From assembly GCA_964458115.1 (NCBI GenBank), contig CAYWIC010000003.1, positions 1,255 through 65,254 on the forward strand: a stretch of DNA of 64,000 nucleotides. Reading direction: 5' to 3'. Both the position numbers and the translations under genes were made by a program. Below are positions 24,379-33,586 of the stretch, in pieces (within the stretch, counting starts at the first letter, position 1; the number at the start of each line of letters is the position of its first letter). A model generated the notes under the pieces. That model made no database searches. It had not been told where the DNA came from and saw only the letters and a program-made list of their open reading frames with translations. The DNA comes from an uncultured Anaerolineales bacterium. GTDB taxonomy: Bacteria; Chloroflexota; Anaerolineae; Anaerolineales; UBA11858.

Positions 24379-25590
24379 TCATGAGGAACTCGAACCTTTG
24401 CCGCGCTCGATGGGGGATTTAAACAACTCTTGCAGAATCAAGCTGGCCGCGCCGCGTGCCCAGGCATCATCCTCCCATACATCCAGCCGAATTTGAGTAT
24501 CTTGTGCCAACCCCGGCATGACATGCTGGTTGATCGCCGCGCGCATAGGTGCAAATAACAATTCACCCGCCCGTACTCCCTCTCCACTGATGATGATTTC
24601 TTTAGGACTGAGAACATTGATAAGATTGGAGATACCATAGCCCAATCTCTCTCCAGCTTGTTCAAAAATTGCTTGCGCTGCCGGATTGCCAGCGCCAGCG
24701 ACCTTGATCAAGGCATCGATGTCGCCAACATCCGCTACAATCTCCCCTCGAACAGTTGCTTCCTCTGCCTTATGCAAGAGGGCCGGGTCGGAGATGTAGG
24801 TTTCGATGCATCCGCGTTTACCACACGCACATTGCGGCCCATCCGGGTCAACGACGGTGTGCCCAAACTCCCCGCCACCGCCATTCACACCACGATACAA
24901 CTGCCCGTTGACCACCATTCCCAAACCAATCCCCCGTCCGACTGTCACCACCAAGAAATTATCGATTCCCTGACCAGCGCCAAATAACTGCTCATTCAGC
25001 GTGAGCGTGTTGACATCATTGTCAATGTGTACCGGGACTTGAAGGCGCGAAAACAGCAAGTCTTCTAAGGGAACATCGTGCCAGCCAAAAATCGGAGAAT
25101 ATCTCAAGATACCGTTCCGAGCATCCACGATACCGGCTAACCCAATCCCAACCCCCAGGAGCTGCTCCCTTTCGATGCCAGCCTCTACAACCAACCTCTC
25201 AACGAGACTCTCGAGCGTTTCCAGGGTGTTATCCAAAGAGAGGTCCTGAAGGCCTTCTTCCCGCTTGGCAATGATGGTAGCTTCCAAATCCGTGATCGCG
25301 CCGATGGCATGATCTTCCATCAACTTGATGCCTACAACATATCCGCCACGTGGGTCAATCGCCAGAAGTATCGGCTTGCGACCGCCACTCGAATCACCTT
25401 CGGCCTTTTCAAAGATCAGGCCTTCGTCAATGAGTTTCGCGGAGATCCCAGTAACTGTTGCCGCGCTAAGCCCGGTCAGCCGGGCAATTTCGGCGCGCGA
25501 AATCGATCCTTGGGTTTTGATGGTGTTCAAAACTGTGGAGCGGTTGATAGCACGGATCAGATCACGGTTGCCAAGAGGGTGTTTAGTCAT
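24379..25590 (-). CDS. ROK-family transcriptional repressor (N-terminal wHTH + sugar-kinase fold)
   Basis: wHTH SRAEIARLTGLSAATVTGISAKL. ROK motifs GIGLGMVVNG, GGGEFGH and zinc motif CACGKRGCIETY. Confidence 0.9.
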   Translation of the reverse strand: MTKHPLGNRDLIRAINRSTVLNTIKTQGSISRAEIARLTGLSAATVTGISAKLIDEGLIFEKAEGDSSGGRKPILLAIDPRGGYVVGIKLMEDHAIGAITDLEATIIAKREEGLQDLSLDNTLETLESLVERLVVEAGIEREQLLGVGIGLAGIVDARNGILRYSPIFGWHDVPLEDLLFSRLQVPVHIDNDVNTLTLNEQLFGAGQGIDNFLVVTVGRGIGLGMVVNGQLYRGVNGGGGEFGHTVVDPDGPQCACGKRGCIETYISDPALLHKAEEATVRGEIVADVGDIDALIKVAGAGNPAAQAIFEQAGERLGYGISNLINVLSPKEIIISGEGVRAGELLFAPMRAAINQHVMPGLAQDTQIRLDVWEDDAWARGAASLILQELFKSPIERGKGSSSS

Positions 25591-25716
25591 AAATTTACTT
25601 TATTCAATGAATGAAGTATCTATACTATACATTTTTTCTGCACTCTTGTCAAGTCCATCTGCAAAGAAAATGGTAAAATCCTTTTTCCGCTTTCAGAAGA
25701 CCCCTGGAGAAAAGCT

Positions 25717-26901
25717 GTGTTCACGCCTGAAAAAATCGAAGAGTGGCTGGCTGAGATCGAGCAGCGCCCCAGTTCTGCGCCCACCATCATCCAGTTCATC
25801 GCCAACCGCCTAAATGATCTCAGCGAGTGGAATGAGCAATTGCGGGCTGAAAACACATCCTTGCGTTCCAAAGAACGTGTGGAGGAGTACGAACGCCAGA
25901 TCGCTCATCTTCTATACCAACTCGACCTGATCAAACGCCAACATGGGGGTCAGATTCCGCAAAAAGACCAACTCGAATTAGATAAAACGCTAGAAGATGT
26001 CCAAGCAGTGAGTGTGTTGATCTACTTGCCGGATGGCCGCTTGTTGCGTATCGAACGGGATCTTACTGATCTCGAGGACGGAGACACGATCGGGTATTTG
26101 AGTGGGGTGCAGTTCCCTGATGATATGCCTCGCCTTTTGGCGGTCCCGGCGAATGAAGAGCTGCTCTTTTTGTTTTCCTCGGGCCGCATCGCGACTTCCC
26201 CAGTAGCCAAGCTTCCCAGCGCTCTAAATGAGCCTTTCGACTGGGAGACAGCTCTCATCCCCCACGCGCCCCAAGCGGGAGATACTTTGGTCTGCCTGGC
26301 ACCCATCTCCAAGCTGGCCTTGAGCGATTACTTCGTCCAGACCAGCCGGCGCGGCTTCATCAAGAAGATCCGTATGGCCTTAGCACCATCGATCATGGAA
26401 AACCAGTATATCGGCACGGGCACCAAGCTCCCCAATGACCAACCCTTCGATCTGACGCTCTCGGGTAAAGATGAGCAAATCGTACTGGTCAGCAAAGATG
26501 GCTATCTGCGCTATGCACCGGTCGATGTTTCTCCCTATGCCATTGTGGAAGCCATGAAAGTAAAACACGCCGACTACCTGGTTTCTGCATTCATCATACC
26601 GCCTGGCAAATCACTGCTCGTCATGACACAGTTAGGCAAGGCCGTCCAGCGCACGAGTGACAATCTTGAACTGGTCACAGACTTAGGACGAGTAGGCAAA
26701 GCGCTCTATTCCAAAACGCGCCGTGAGGCCGGGGTTCGGGTGGTCGGAGCTGCCGCGGTGGCAGAATCCGATTGGGGCCTGGCACTCCACACAAACGGTC
26801 GCCTGAGCATCCATGCTACTGCGCAGATCTTCGCCAACGGTACGATCCCCGTTGAAGAGGAATTGTCCGCATTTACAGTATTCTCAATAGCTAATTCGTA
26901 G
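25717..26901 (+). CDS. Coiled-coil protein with six GyrA-C-terminal-like beta-pinwheel blades (no topoisomerase core)
   Basis: GTG start 7 nt after GGAG. N-terminal heptad-like region LRAENTSLRSKERVEEYERQIAHLLYQLDLIKRQ. Blades: LLFLFSSGRIATSP, YFVQTSRRGFIKKI, IVLVSKDGYLRYAP, LLVMTQLGKAVQRT, LALHTNGRLSIHA. Confidence 0.65.
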   Translation: MFTPEKIEEWLAEIEQRPSSAPTIIQFIANRLNDLSEWNEQLRAENTSLRSKERVEEYERQIAHLLYQLDLIKRQHGGQIPQKDQLELDKTLEDVQAVSVLIYLPDGRLLRIERDLTDLEDGDTIGYLSGVQFPDDMPRLLAVPANEELLFLFSSGRIATSPVAKLPSALNEPFDWETALIPHAPQAGDTLVCLAPISKLALSDYFVQTSRRGFIKKIRMALAPSIMENQYIGTGTKLPNDQPFDLTLSGKDEQIVLVSKDGYLRYAPVDVSPYAIVEAMKVKHADYLVSAFIIPPGKSLLVMTQLGKAVQRTSDNLELVTDLGRVGKALYSKTRREAGVRVVGAAAVAESDWGLALHTNGRLSIHATAQIFANGTIPVEEELSAFTVFSIANS

Positions 26902-26925
26902 AGACGTAGCATGCTACGTCTCTAC
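26898..26925 (+). terminator. Perfect 28-nt palindrome overlapping the stop codon, followed by a T-run
   Basis: GTAGAGACGTAGCA|TGCTACGTCTCTAC, then aatatcaTTTTTT. Confidence 0.5.
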
Positions 26926-26945
26926 AATATCATTTTTTGAAAATA

Positions 26946-28301
26946 ATGGGTCTAAAAGTAGGACTTGACTTCGGGACATCCAATTCTGGCGTGGCGATCT
27001 GTGACGGTGGGAGCGAAGCCGTGCGCTTGCTGCCCCTCGATCCAGGCAATCCCATCCCTGAGGTGGTAAAGACCATCCTCTACATCACCCGCGATCAGCG
27101 TAGCTACATTGGTCAGGAAGCCATTGAGCTGTACTACCAGCACAACATCAACCGGGTGCGGCGCTACGAGAAGCGCTGGGCTGGGGCAGTGCGCGTGATC
27201 GCCTCCGAAGTCGATTATATGCACGATGTCTTCGTCGATGTGGATGTGCTCAAACCAGGCCGTCTGTTGCAATATCTAAAAACCGCATTGCGCAAGAGCG
27301 GCGGAGCCAGCGATATCGCGGGAACGTTGATTTTCGAGCGTTATTTTAATGTAGGGGAATTGATCCAGATCTATCTGGCGCACTTGAGGAACAGAGCAGA
27401 GGAGATCTTAGGAGAATCCATCACGGGGGTGACCCTGGGACGTCCGGTCAAGTTCTCTGAAGACCCCGAGCTAGACCGCCAAGCGGAGGCTACTCTGCGT
27501 GAAGCAGCCCAGGCTGCCGGCTTCGATGAGGTCGATTTCGAACTCGAGCCCATCGCCGCGGCTCTGTTCTACGAAAAGACACTCGCGGAACCCCAAACGG
27601 TACTAATATTCGACTTTGGCGGTGGCACGCTCGATATCACCATTATGCGCTTGGGCGAAATGGGGGCAAGGCAGGTTTATGCAAACGGCGGCATCGACAT
27701 CGCCGGGGCTGACTTCGACCGGGCCATCATCGAAAAACGCCTGCTGCATCACTTTGGCAATGGCGACAGCCAGATCCAACACATGCCGGAGATCAGCGAA
27801 TTGATCGAGACCATCCCCGACTGGATGGCGCTGCCCGATTTGAGCACACCGGTGATCAACAACACCTTGGAGAAAGCCATCCAGCGTGGCATTGCTCCAG
27901 TAAGATTGAAAACTTTGCAATCCCTGATATTCAACGATCTGGCATTCCCCTTCTACAATCAGGTCGAGCAAGCCAAGATGACACTCTCCAAGCTGGGGAC
28001 CACGGTGATCGAACTCCAGGGGAAAGATTTTGATCTGTGGGAGTTGTACACCCGCGCCCAATTCGAAGTTGATATCTTAGAATACTACGACCAAATCGAA
28101 AAAGTTCTCTTGGATACAGTGGCAGCTTCGGGTCTGGAACCCGCACAGATCGATGCAGTAGTCAAGACAGGTGGCTCCTCGAGTATTCCTTTGTTTTCGG
28201 AGATGTTGAAACATATTTTCGGGGCGGAAAAGGTCAAAGTATCGGATGCCTTTAGTAGTGTCACCGCAGGGCTGGCGATCAGGGCAACGGAATCCACCTA
28301 A
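26946..28301 (+). CDS. Hsp70-family ATPase, nucleotide-binding-domain type (no canonical substrate-binding domain)
   Basis: VGLDFGTSNSGVA, LIFDFGGGTLDITIM and VVKTGGSSSIPLF motifs. The track start is TTG 26937; I prefer ATG 26946. Confidence 0.85.
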   Translation: MGLKVGLDFGTSNSGVAICDGGSEAVRLLPLDPGNPIPEVVKTILYITRDQRSYIGQEAIELYYQHNINRVRRYEKRWAGAVRVIASEVDYMHDVFVDVDVLKPGRLLQYLKTALRKSGGASDIAGTLIFERYFNVGELIQIYLAHLRNRAEEILGESITGVTLGRPVKFSEDPELDRQAEATLREAAQAAGFDEVDFELEPIAAALFYEKTLAEPQTVLIFDFGGGTLDITIMRLGEMGARQVYANGGIDIAGADFDRAIIEKRLLHHFGNGDSQIQHMPEISELIETIPDWMALPDLSTPVINNTLEKAIQRGIAPVRLKTLQSLIFNDLAFPFYNQVEQAKMTLSKLGTTVIELQGKDFDLWELYTRAQFEVDILEYYDQIEKVLLDTVAASGLEPAQIDAVVKTGGSSSIPLFSEMLKHIFGAEKVKVSDAFSSVTAGLAIRATEST

Positions 28302-28320
28302 CCAAGCTCGCTTTTTCTCC

Positions 28321-28492
28321 TTGGGCGGTTATAATCGATATACGAAACGCCATGTGCAAGTTTTCTAATTAACCTTCATTCTGAGCCCTCGCCCGCCGGA
28401 GGCGCGCCGGTCGAAGCCCCGCCAGAGGCGGGGCGAAGTATCTCCCCGTACATAAATCCAGATCCTTCGCTCCGCTCAGGATGACAGTAATA
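28321..28492. repeat. Dispersed GC-rich structured element, copy E1
   Basis: TTGGGCGG...CATTCTGAGCC...TCGAAGCC...CCTTCGCTCCGCTCAGGATGAC, with an internal CCCCGCC-aga-GGCGGGG hairpin. A shorter relative lies at 39821-39897 (TTGGGCGGAGGCTGAGCC...TCGAA...CCTTCG...CTCCGCTCAGGCAT). Confidence 0.4.
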
Positions 28493-28557
28493 TGGTAAAT
28501 TCCTGCACATCAGGTTTTGAAGATAATGTTAGGACTTACGCAGTTCAGCGAGAAAAT

Positions 28558-28593
28558 GGCTGGGAAAGGGGGCGACGCCCCCTATTCCCAGCC
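28558..28593 (+). promoter_or_regulatory. Strong stem-loop in the long leader upstream of the CDGSH gene
   Basis: GGCTGGGAA-a-GGGGGCG-a-CGCCCCC-ta-TTCCCAGCC. No T-run follows on the plus strand. Confidence 0.4.
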
Positions 28594-28655
28594 CAATCCG
28601 CTTCAGGTGCGTAACTCCTTAATGTATTATTCGTATGGCCAAAGGAGTAACCCAA

Positions 28656-29345
28656 ATGACAGATCAGAAGATCAACATTTCTGAAAATGGCCCTTTTCAT
28701 GTTCAGGGCAGCGTGCCGCTGGTACGCAAATCGCAAATCAGTTCCGAACACGGGGAACCAATGACCTGGAAAAAGGCCGGTGAAGTGGAAACGCAAGGTG
28801 AATACTGGCTGTGCCGCTGTGGAGGCTCGAGCAACAAACCTTTCTGCGATGGCACACATCGCAAGAACGGCTTCGATGGTACGGAAACCGCCGACACCAA
28901 TACTTTCGAAGAGCGCAAAATCATCCACGCTGGGAGCACAGACATTGTGATCAAGCGGGATTATTCCATCTGCGCCAGTTCAGGTTACTGTGGCAACCGC
29001 TTCGCCAATATCGAGAAGCTAGCCAAAGACACGGATGAATCCACGGTGCGCGCCCAGGTGATGGCGATGGTCGAACGCTGTCCCTCGGGATCGTACACGT
29101 ATGCCTTGTCAAGCGATACCGAAGATATCGAAGTCGATCTGCCCAAGCAAATTGCAGCGACGACTGAAATGACCTCGGAGGGACCTATTCAGGTCCCTTT
29201 ATGGGTGACAGGAAGAATCGAGATCCAAAGAGCTGACGGGCAGCCCATGGAAGTTCGCAATCGCGTCACGCTTTGTCGCTGTGGCAAATCGAAGAATAAA
29301 CCCCTATGTGATGGCACCCATAGGGAATTGGGTGTAAAGGAATAG
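28656..29345 (+). CDS. CDGSH iron-sulfur domain protein (two CDGSH motifs plus a central Cys-rich module)
   Basis: CRCGGSSNKPFCDGTH and CRCGKSKNKPLCDGTH, plus central CASSGYCGN...ERCPSGS. Start set at ATG 28656 (AAAGGAGtaacccaATG). Confidence 0.9.
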   Translation: MTDQKINISENGPFHVQGSVPLVRKSQISSEHGEPMTWKKAGEVETQGEYWLCRCGGSSNKPFCDGTHRKNGFDGTETADTNTFEERKIIHAGSTDIVIKRDYSICASSGYCGNRFANIEKLAKDTDESTVRAQVMAMVERCPSGSYTYALSSDTEDIEVDLPKQIAATTEMTSEGPIQVPLWVTGRIEIQRADGQPMEVRNRVTLCRCGKSKNKPLCDGTHRELGVKE

Positions 29346-29383
29346 GATCTATTCCCCCAACATATCTTGAAAGGGAGATGCTC

Positions 29384-29430
29384 AAAAATAAGTGCGTGCT
29401 AGCGCCTTGCGCTAGCACGCACTTATTTTT
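29384..29430. terminator. Strong bidirectional intrinsic terminator
   Basis: AAAAATAAGTGCGTGCTAGCGC-cttg-GCGCTAGCACGCACTTATTTTT. Confidence 0.85.
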
Positions 29431-29476
29431 GAATTTTTTAGAACCAATATTCTAAATTATGGGTATAATGGGGATC

Positions 29477-30949
29477 ATGACCGATCTCTTCGATCACGCC
29501 ATGAAGGAAAAGATGAAGCACGAGGCTCCGCTGGCGGCTCGCATGCGCCCACGCACGTTGGATGAATTCGAGGGGCAGGAGCATATCGTCGGCGAGGGCA
29601 AGCTGCTGCGCAGGGCCATCATCGCTGATCGGCTCTTTGCGTCCATCATCCTGTGGGGGCCGCCCGGCACAGGCAAAACGACTTTGGCTATGGTCATCGC
29701 CAATCAGACTAAATCCCACTTCGAGACGCTCTCGGCAGTATTGGATGGCAAACCGCGCTTGCGCCAGGTTGTGGACGAAGCCATCGAGCGCCGCCGCCTG
29801 TACCAAAAGAAAACTATTCTGTTCGTCGATGAGGTCCATCGCTGGAACAAAGCCCAGCAGGACGCACTGTTGCCGCACGTTGAGAATGGCACGGTTACAC
29901 TGATCGGTGCGACTACGGAGAATCCTTACTTCGAGGTCATTGGGGCGCTGGTTTCGCGCTCGCGCGTCTTTCAACTACATGCCCTGGGAGAAGAACACGT
30001 TCGTTCTCTCATGGAACGCGCATTGAAAGATCCCGAACTCGGATATGGCGAGCGAAATATTGAGATAGACGAAGAGGCCTTACAGCACCTGGTCTTTGTC
30101 TCTGGGGGAGATGCCCGCAATGCGCTTAACGCCCTGGAATTAGCAGTCGAATCCACGCCTCCTTCGACTTCCGCTTCGAAATCCCCTCCAGGGACAGCGT
30201 CCGCTCAGGAAGACACCCAAGTTGAGGAAGGGGTTATCCACATCACCCTTGAGGTCGCCCAGGATTCGATCCAGCGCCGAGCGGTGCTCTACGACAAGGA
30301 TGGCGATGCCCATTACGATACCATCTCAGCCTTCATCAAGTCTGTGCGCGGCTCTGACCCTGATGCAGCCCTATATTGGCTGGCAAAAATGCTCTATGCA
30401 GGAGAAGACCCGCGTTTCATCGTCCGCCGCTTGTTGATTCTTGCAGGGGAAGATATCGGATTGGCAGACCCCATGGGCTTAGTGGTTGCTAACGCTGCTG
30501 CGCAAACTTTCGAATATATCGGTATGCCCGAAGGCATTTTCCCCATTGTCGAAGCTACGCTCTATCTGTCCACAGCACCGAAATCGAATTCCGCCACGCA
30601 CTATTTCAAAGCCTTCCAATTGATCGAGCGCCAGGGGGTCGGTGATGTACCCAATCATCTCAGAGATGCCAACCGAGATGCGGTCGCACTGGGGCACGGC
30701 AAAGGCTACCAGTATGCCCACGCTGGTATTGATCATTTCGTTCCCCAGCAATATCTGCCCACCGAATTGCTGGGAACATATTTCTACAATCCCACTGACC
30801 AGGGCTACGAAAACCAGGTCATCGAACGTTTAGAGCGCTGGCGAGAAGCGCAGCGCAAAGCCTTGGGAGTCGAGATGGCGGAAACCGTCCCTGACCTTTC
30901 CGAAGACACCATCACTGACATCAAACGTAAGCACAAAGGTGGTAGATAA
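29477..30949 (+). CDS. rarA: Replication-associated recombination protein A (AAA+ ATPase)
   Basis: PLAARMRPRTLDEFEGQEHIVG, GPPGTGKTTLA, LFVDEVHRWNKAQQD and MgsA C-terminal region YLPTEL. Carries a low-complexity insert STPPSTSASKSPPGTASAQED. Start ATG 29477 (MTDLFDH); the track gives 29459. Confidence 0.9.
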   Translation: MTDLFDHAMKEKMKHEAPLAARMRPRTLDEFEGQEHIVGEGKLLRRAIIADRLFASIILWGPPGTGKTTLAMVIANQTKSHFETLSAVLDGKPRLRQVVDEAIERRRLYQKKTILFVDEVHRWNKAQQDALLPHVENGTVTLIGATTENPYFEVIGALVSRSRVFQLHALGEEHVRSLMERALKDPELGYGERNIEIDEEALQHLVFVSGGDARNALNALELAVESTPPSTSASKSPPGTASAQEDTQVEEGVIHITLEVAQDSIQRRAVLYDKDGDAHYDTISAFIKSVRGSDPDAALYWLAKMLYAGEDPRFIVRRLLILAGEDIGLADPMGLVVANAAAQTFEYIGMPEGIFPIVEATLYLSTAPKSNSATHYFKAFQLIERQGVGDVPNHLRDANRDAVALGHGKGYQYAHAGIDHFVPQQYLPTELLGTYFYNPTDQGYENQVIERLERWREAQRKALGVEMAETVPDLSEDTITDIKRKHKGGR

Positions 30950-30959
30950 ATAATCACAG

Positions 30960-31007
30960 AAAAATAAGAGCTGGTTGGTTCTTTGAACCAACCAGCTCTT
31001 ATTTTTC
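30960..31007. terminator. Bidirectional intrinsic terminator between convergent genes
   Basis: AAAATAAGAGCTGGTTGGTTC-tttg-AACCAACCAGCTCTTATTTTT. Confidence 0.85.
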
Positions 31008-31024
31008 TTTATCACTTCTTGGAA

Positions 31025-32209
31025 TCAGGTATTATTTAACGCTTGCTCTAGATCGGCGATCAGATCATCGACATCCTCAATCCCAACCGAGTAGCGGATA
31101 AGACTCTCCGGGATGCCCATGGCAGCTCGCTGCTCGGGGGAGACTTCTACATGACTGGTGGTGCGCGGCGGGCCTGCGACTGTCTCCACGGGTCCTAAGT
31201 TAGCAGCAAGATGGGCGTATTTCAATTTCGGGAGGAAGGCGCGCACGGCGTCGAAATCACCTTTCAACATGAAGCTCATCATGCCACCAAAATCGCGCAT
31301 CTGCTTCTTGGCAATCTCATGATGTTTGTGAGTCTCTAGTCCGGGGTAGAAAACATCTTCAACCATGGAGTGTGATATCAAGAAGCGGGCAATCTCCATC
31401 GCGTTTTGGCTTTGTCGTTCAATGCGCAGTGCCAGCGTTTTCAAGCCGCGGATCATCAAATAGGCGGCCATGGGATGCAGGGTAGCGCCATTGATCTCAC
31501 GGTACGCAAAGGCCCCTTTGACCAGTTCCTCTGATCCACACAACACACCACCCAGGGCATCGGCGTGCCCACCCAAATATTTCGTAGCGCTGTGGATCAC
31601 CAGATCCGCGCCCAGTGCCAAGGGGTTGGTGTTGATCGGTGTGGAGAAGGTGTTATCGACAACTACCGTCGCACCAACATCGTGCCCGGCTTTAGCCAAG
31701 CGAGCGATGTCGACAACTTTCAACGTGGGGTTGGTGGGAGTTTCCAAATATAGAACTGTGCAGCCCTTGGCGACCTCGGCTTCGATGGCTTCATGGTCGG
31801 TGGTAGGGCAAAGCTGCACATCAACGTTGAGACGCGGCAAGAAGCGCGTAAAAATCTCATTGGTGCCACCATAGGTATCCTTAATGGAAACCACACGGTC
31901 TCCGGGCTTAAGCAAGGAGTAAAGCGTGTTGCTAATAGCTGCCATGCCCGTGGAGAAGCTGGTTGCGGCTTCAGCGCCCTCGAGTTGGCGCATCTTCTCT
32001 TCGAAAACGTCCACGGTGGGGTTAGTATTGCGGCTGTAGATATGCCCTGGCTTTTCCCCAAGCCCGACATCATACCAATAATCCAGGTCGTCATACCCGT
32101 AAGAGACACTGTGGACAACCGGGACTTGCGTCGAACGCTGCCAGCCATCCTTTTTTTCTTCGCCCGCCCATACGGAAAGTGTGCCAAACTGATGTTTTTT
32201 GTCTGCCAT
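31025..32209 (-). CDS. Cys/Met-metabolism PLP-dependent enzyme (cystathionine gamma-synthase / beta-lyase / methionine gamma-lyase family)
   Basis: SATKYLGGHADALGG (PLP lysine), YSRNTNPT, and typical ~390-aa length. Confidence 0.9.
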   Translation of the reverse strand: MADKKHQFGTLSVWAGEEKKDGWQRSTQVPVVHSVSYGYDDLDYWYDVGLGEKPGHIYSRNTNPTVDVFEEKMRQLEGAEAATSFSTGMAAISNTLYSLLKPGDRVVSIKDTYGGTNEIFTRFLPRLNVDVQLCPTTDHEAIEAEVAKGCTVLYLETPTNPTLKVVDIARLAKAGHDVGATVVVDNTFSTPINTNPLALGADLVIHSATKYLGGHADALGGVLCGSEELVKGAFAYREINGATLHPMAAYLMIRGLKTLALRIERQSQNAMEIARFLISHSMVEDVFYPGLETHKHHEIAKKQMRDFGGMMSFMLKGDFDAVRAFLPKLKYAHLAANLGPVETVAGPPRTTSHVEVSPEQRAAMGIPESLIRYSVGIEDVDDLIADLEQALNNT

Positions 32210-32283
32210 TTTATCTCCTTAAATTCCATGTTCATCTCCGGTTTATCAACCAGAGATAAACGGCGATGAACAACTGTAATTTT

Positions 32284-33459
32284 CTATGCCTCACAACAAA
32301 ACTCGATTGCTGTTTCTGCTAGTACGTACGCCAAGTCGATGGTCGAATTAATATCCACCCATTCCTCGGCGCTGTGCAGGCCATAGCCTGTTGGCCCGAT
32401 GAGCACGGTTTCCATCCCGGCGTCGGCAAATAAGGCCGCGTCGGTCCAGAAAGTTTGGCCTCTATGGGGAGGCTTGTTACCCAGCCGATGTACCAACGCA
32501 GTCTCCAGGATCTGTACGATTTCGGCATCCTCTTCAACCACAAAGGGCTCACGCCGAAAAGTGGGTTTTACTGTGGCCTTAAAGGTGCCGTCCGCAGCAG
32601 ACAGCCGGTCGACGATCTCCTGCAATTCGGCTGTGGTTTGGTCCTGGGTCTCTCCGGGGGCGGTACGGCGCTCAATTTGCAGTAAGCAACTCGCAGCGTA
32701 GATACTGACCTCCTTGCCCCCTCGCAAGCGAGCGGCATGAAGAGAAGGAGGGCCTGTGAGGGGATGCCCCTCTCGCGTCAGCAATTCCTGTTCCAAAATT
32801 TCCAGCTGCCCAAGGAAACGTCCCATGCGCATATTGGCATCTATGCCCTCGGCATAGCGGCTGCCATGAGCTGCCCGGCCTTGGGTCTCGACATCGTACC
32901 AGATGAAGCCACGGTGCGCCCGACAGATTTGCATATCGGTTGGTTCAGTAACGATGACTGCATCTGCCGTATACTGTTCGATCAGCGCTTCGGTGCCAAT
33001 GCTGGCATATTCTTCATCGGCCACACCGGTGATCAACAAATCCCCACCTAGGGTGATGCCGGCATCGACAAAGGCTTTGGCAACCGCCATCATCCCCGCC
33101 AGACTGGCCTTCATATCCTGCGAGCCACGGCCATACAGCCGCCCATCCTTGATCTCTCCCCCAAAAGGATCAATAGTCATGCCTTCCACACCAACGGTAT
33201 CCATATGAGCATTCAAGAGCAGCGAGCGGCCTTCACCGCTCCCCTTGAGCACACCTACGGTATTGGCGCGCCTGGGCTCGATCTCATGGAAAGTTGTTTC
33301 CAGACCCAACTTGTCGAGCTCATCAGCCAAGAAAATTCCCAAATCAGCTTCCCCCTTGCCTTCTGGGGTAAGCGAAGGGTTCACCGAATTGATACTCACC
33401 ATCTTTCTCAGTGTTTCAATCAGATATTGCTCATCGATAGTAAATTTATTATCACACAT
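32284..33459 (-). CDS. M20-family metallopeptidase / deacylase (ArgE/DapE-like)
   Basis: LLLNAHMDTV, GRGSQDMK and GVADEEYAS metal-ligand motifs. Confidence 0.85.
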   Translation of the reverse strand: MCDNKFTIDEQYLIETLRKMVSINSVNPSLTPEGKGEADLGIFLADELDKLGLETTFHEIEPRRANTVGVLKGSGEGRSLLLNAHMDTVGVEGMTIDPFGGEIKDGRLYGRGSQDMKASLAGMMAVAKAFVDAGITLGGDLLITGVADEEYASIGTEALIEQYTADAVIVTEPTDMQICRAHRGFIWYDVETQGRAAHGSRYAEGIDANMRMGRFLGQLEILEQELLTREGHPLTGPPSLHAARLRGGKEVSIYAASCLLQIERRTAPGETQDQTTAELQEIVDRLSAADGTFKATVKPTFRREPFVVEEDAEIVQILETALVHRLGNKPPHRGQTFWTDAALFADAGMETVLIGPTGYGLHSAEEWVDINSTIDLAYVLAETAIEFCCEA

Positions 33460-33586
33460 TTATGCCTCCTTAATGCAGTAACTGTCTCTCAGAAAATCGG
33501 TATGGCGAGATACGATGCTCGTTTCCTTTCGAAGTAAGAGGATAGACCATATCCCCGTCAACAATAATGGAGTATTATATACCCGT

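Noticed and set aside
29438-29974. 178-aa minus-strand ORF
   Set aside because: It is antisense to rarA, whose Walker A and MgsA motifs are unambiguous.
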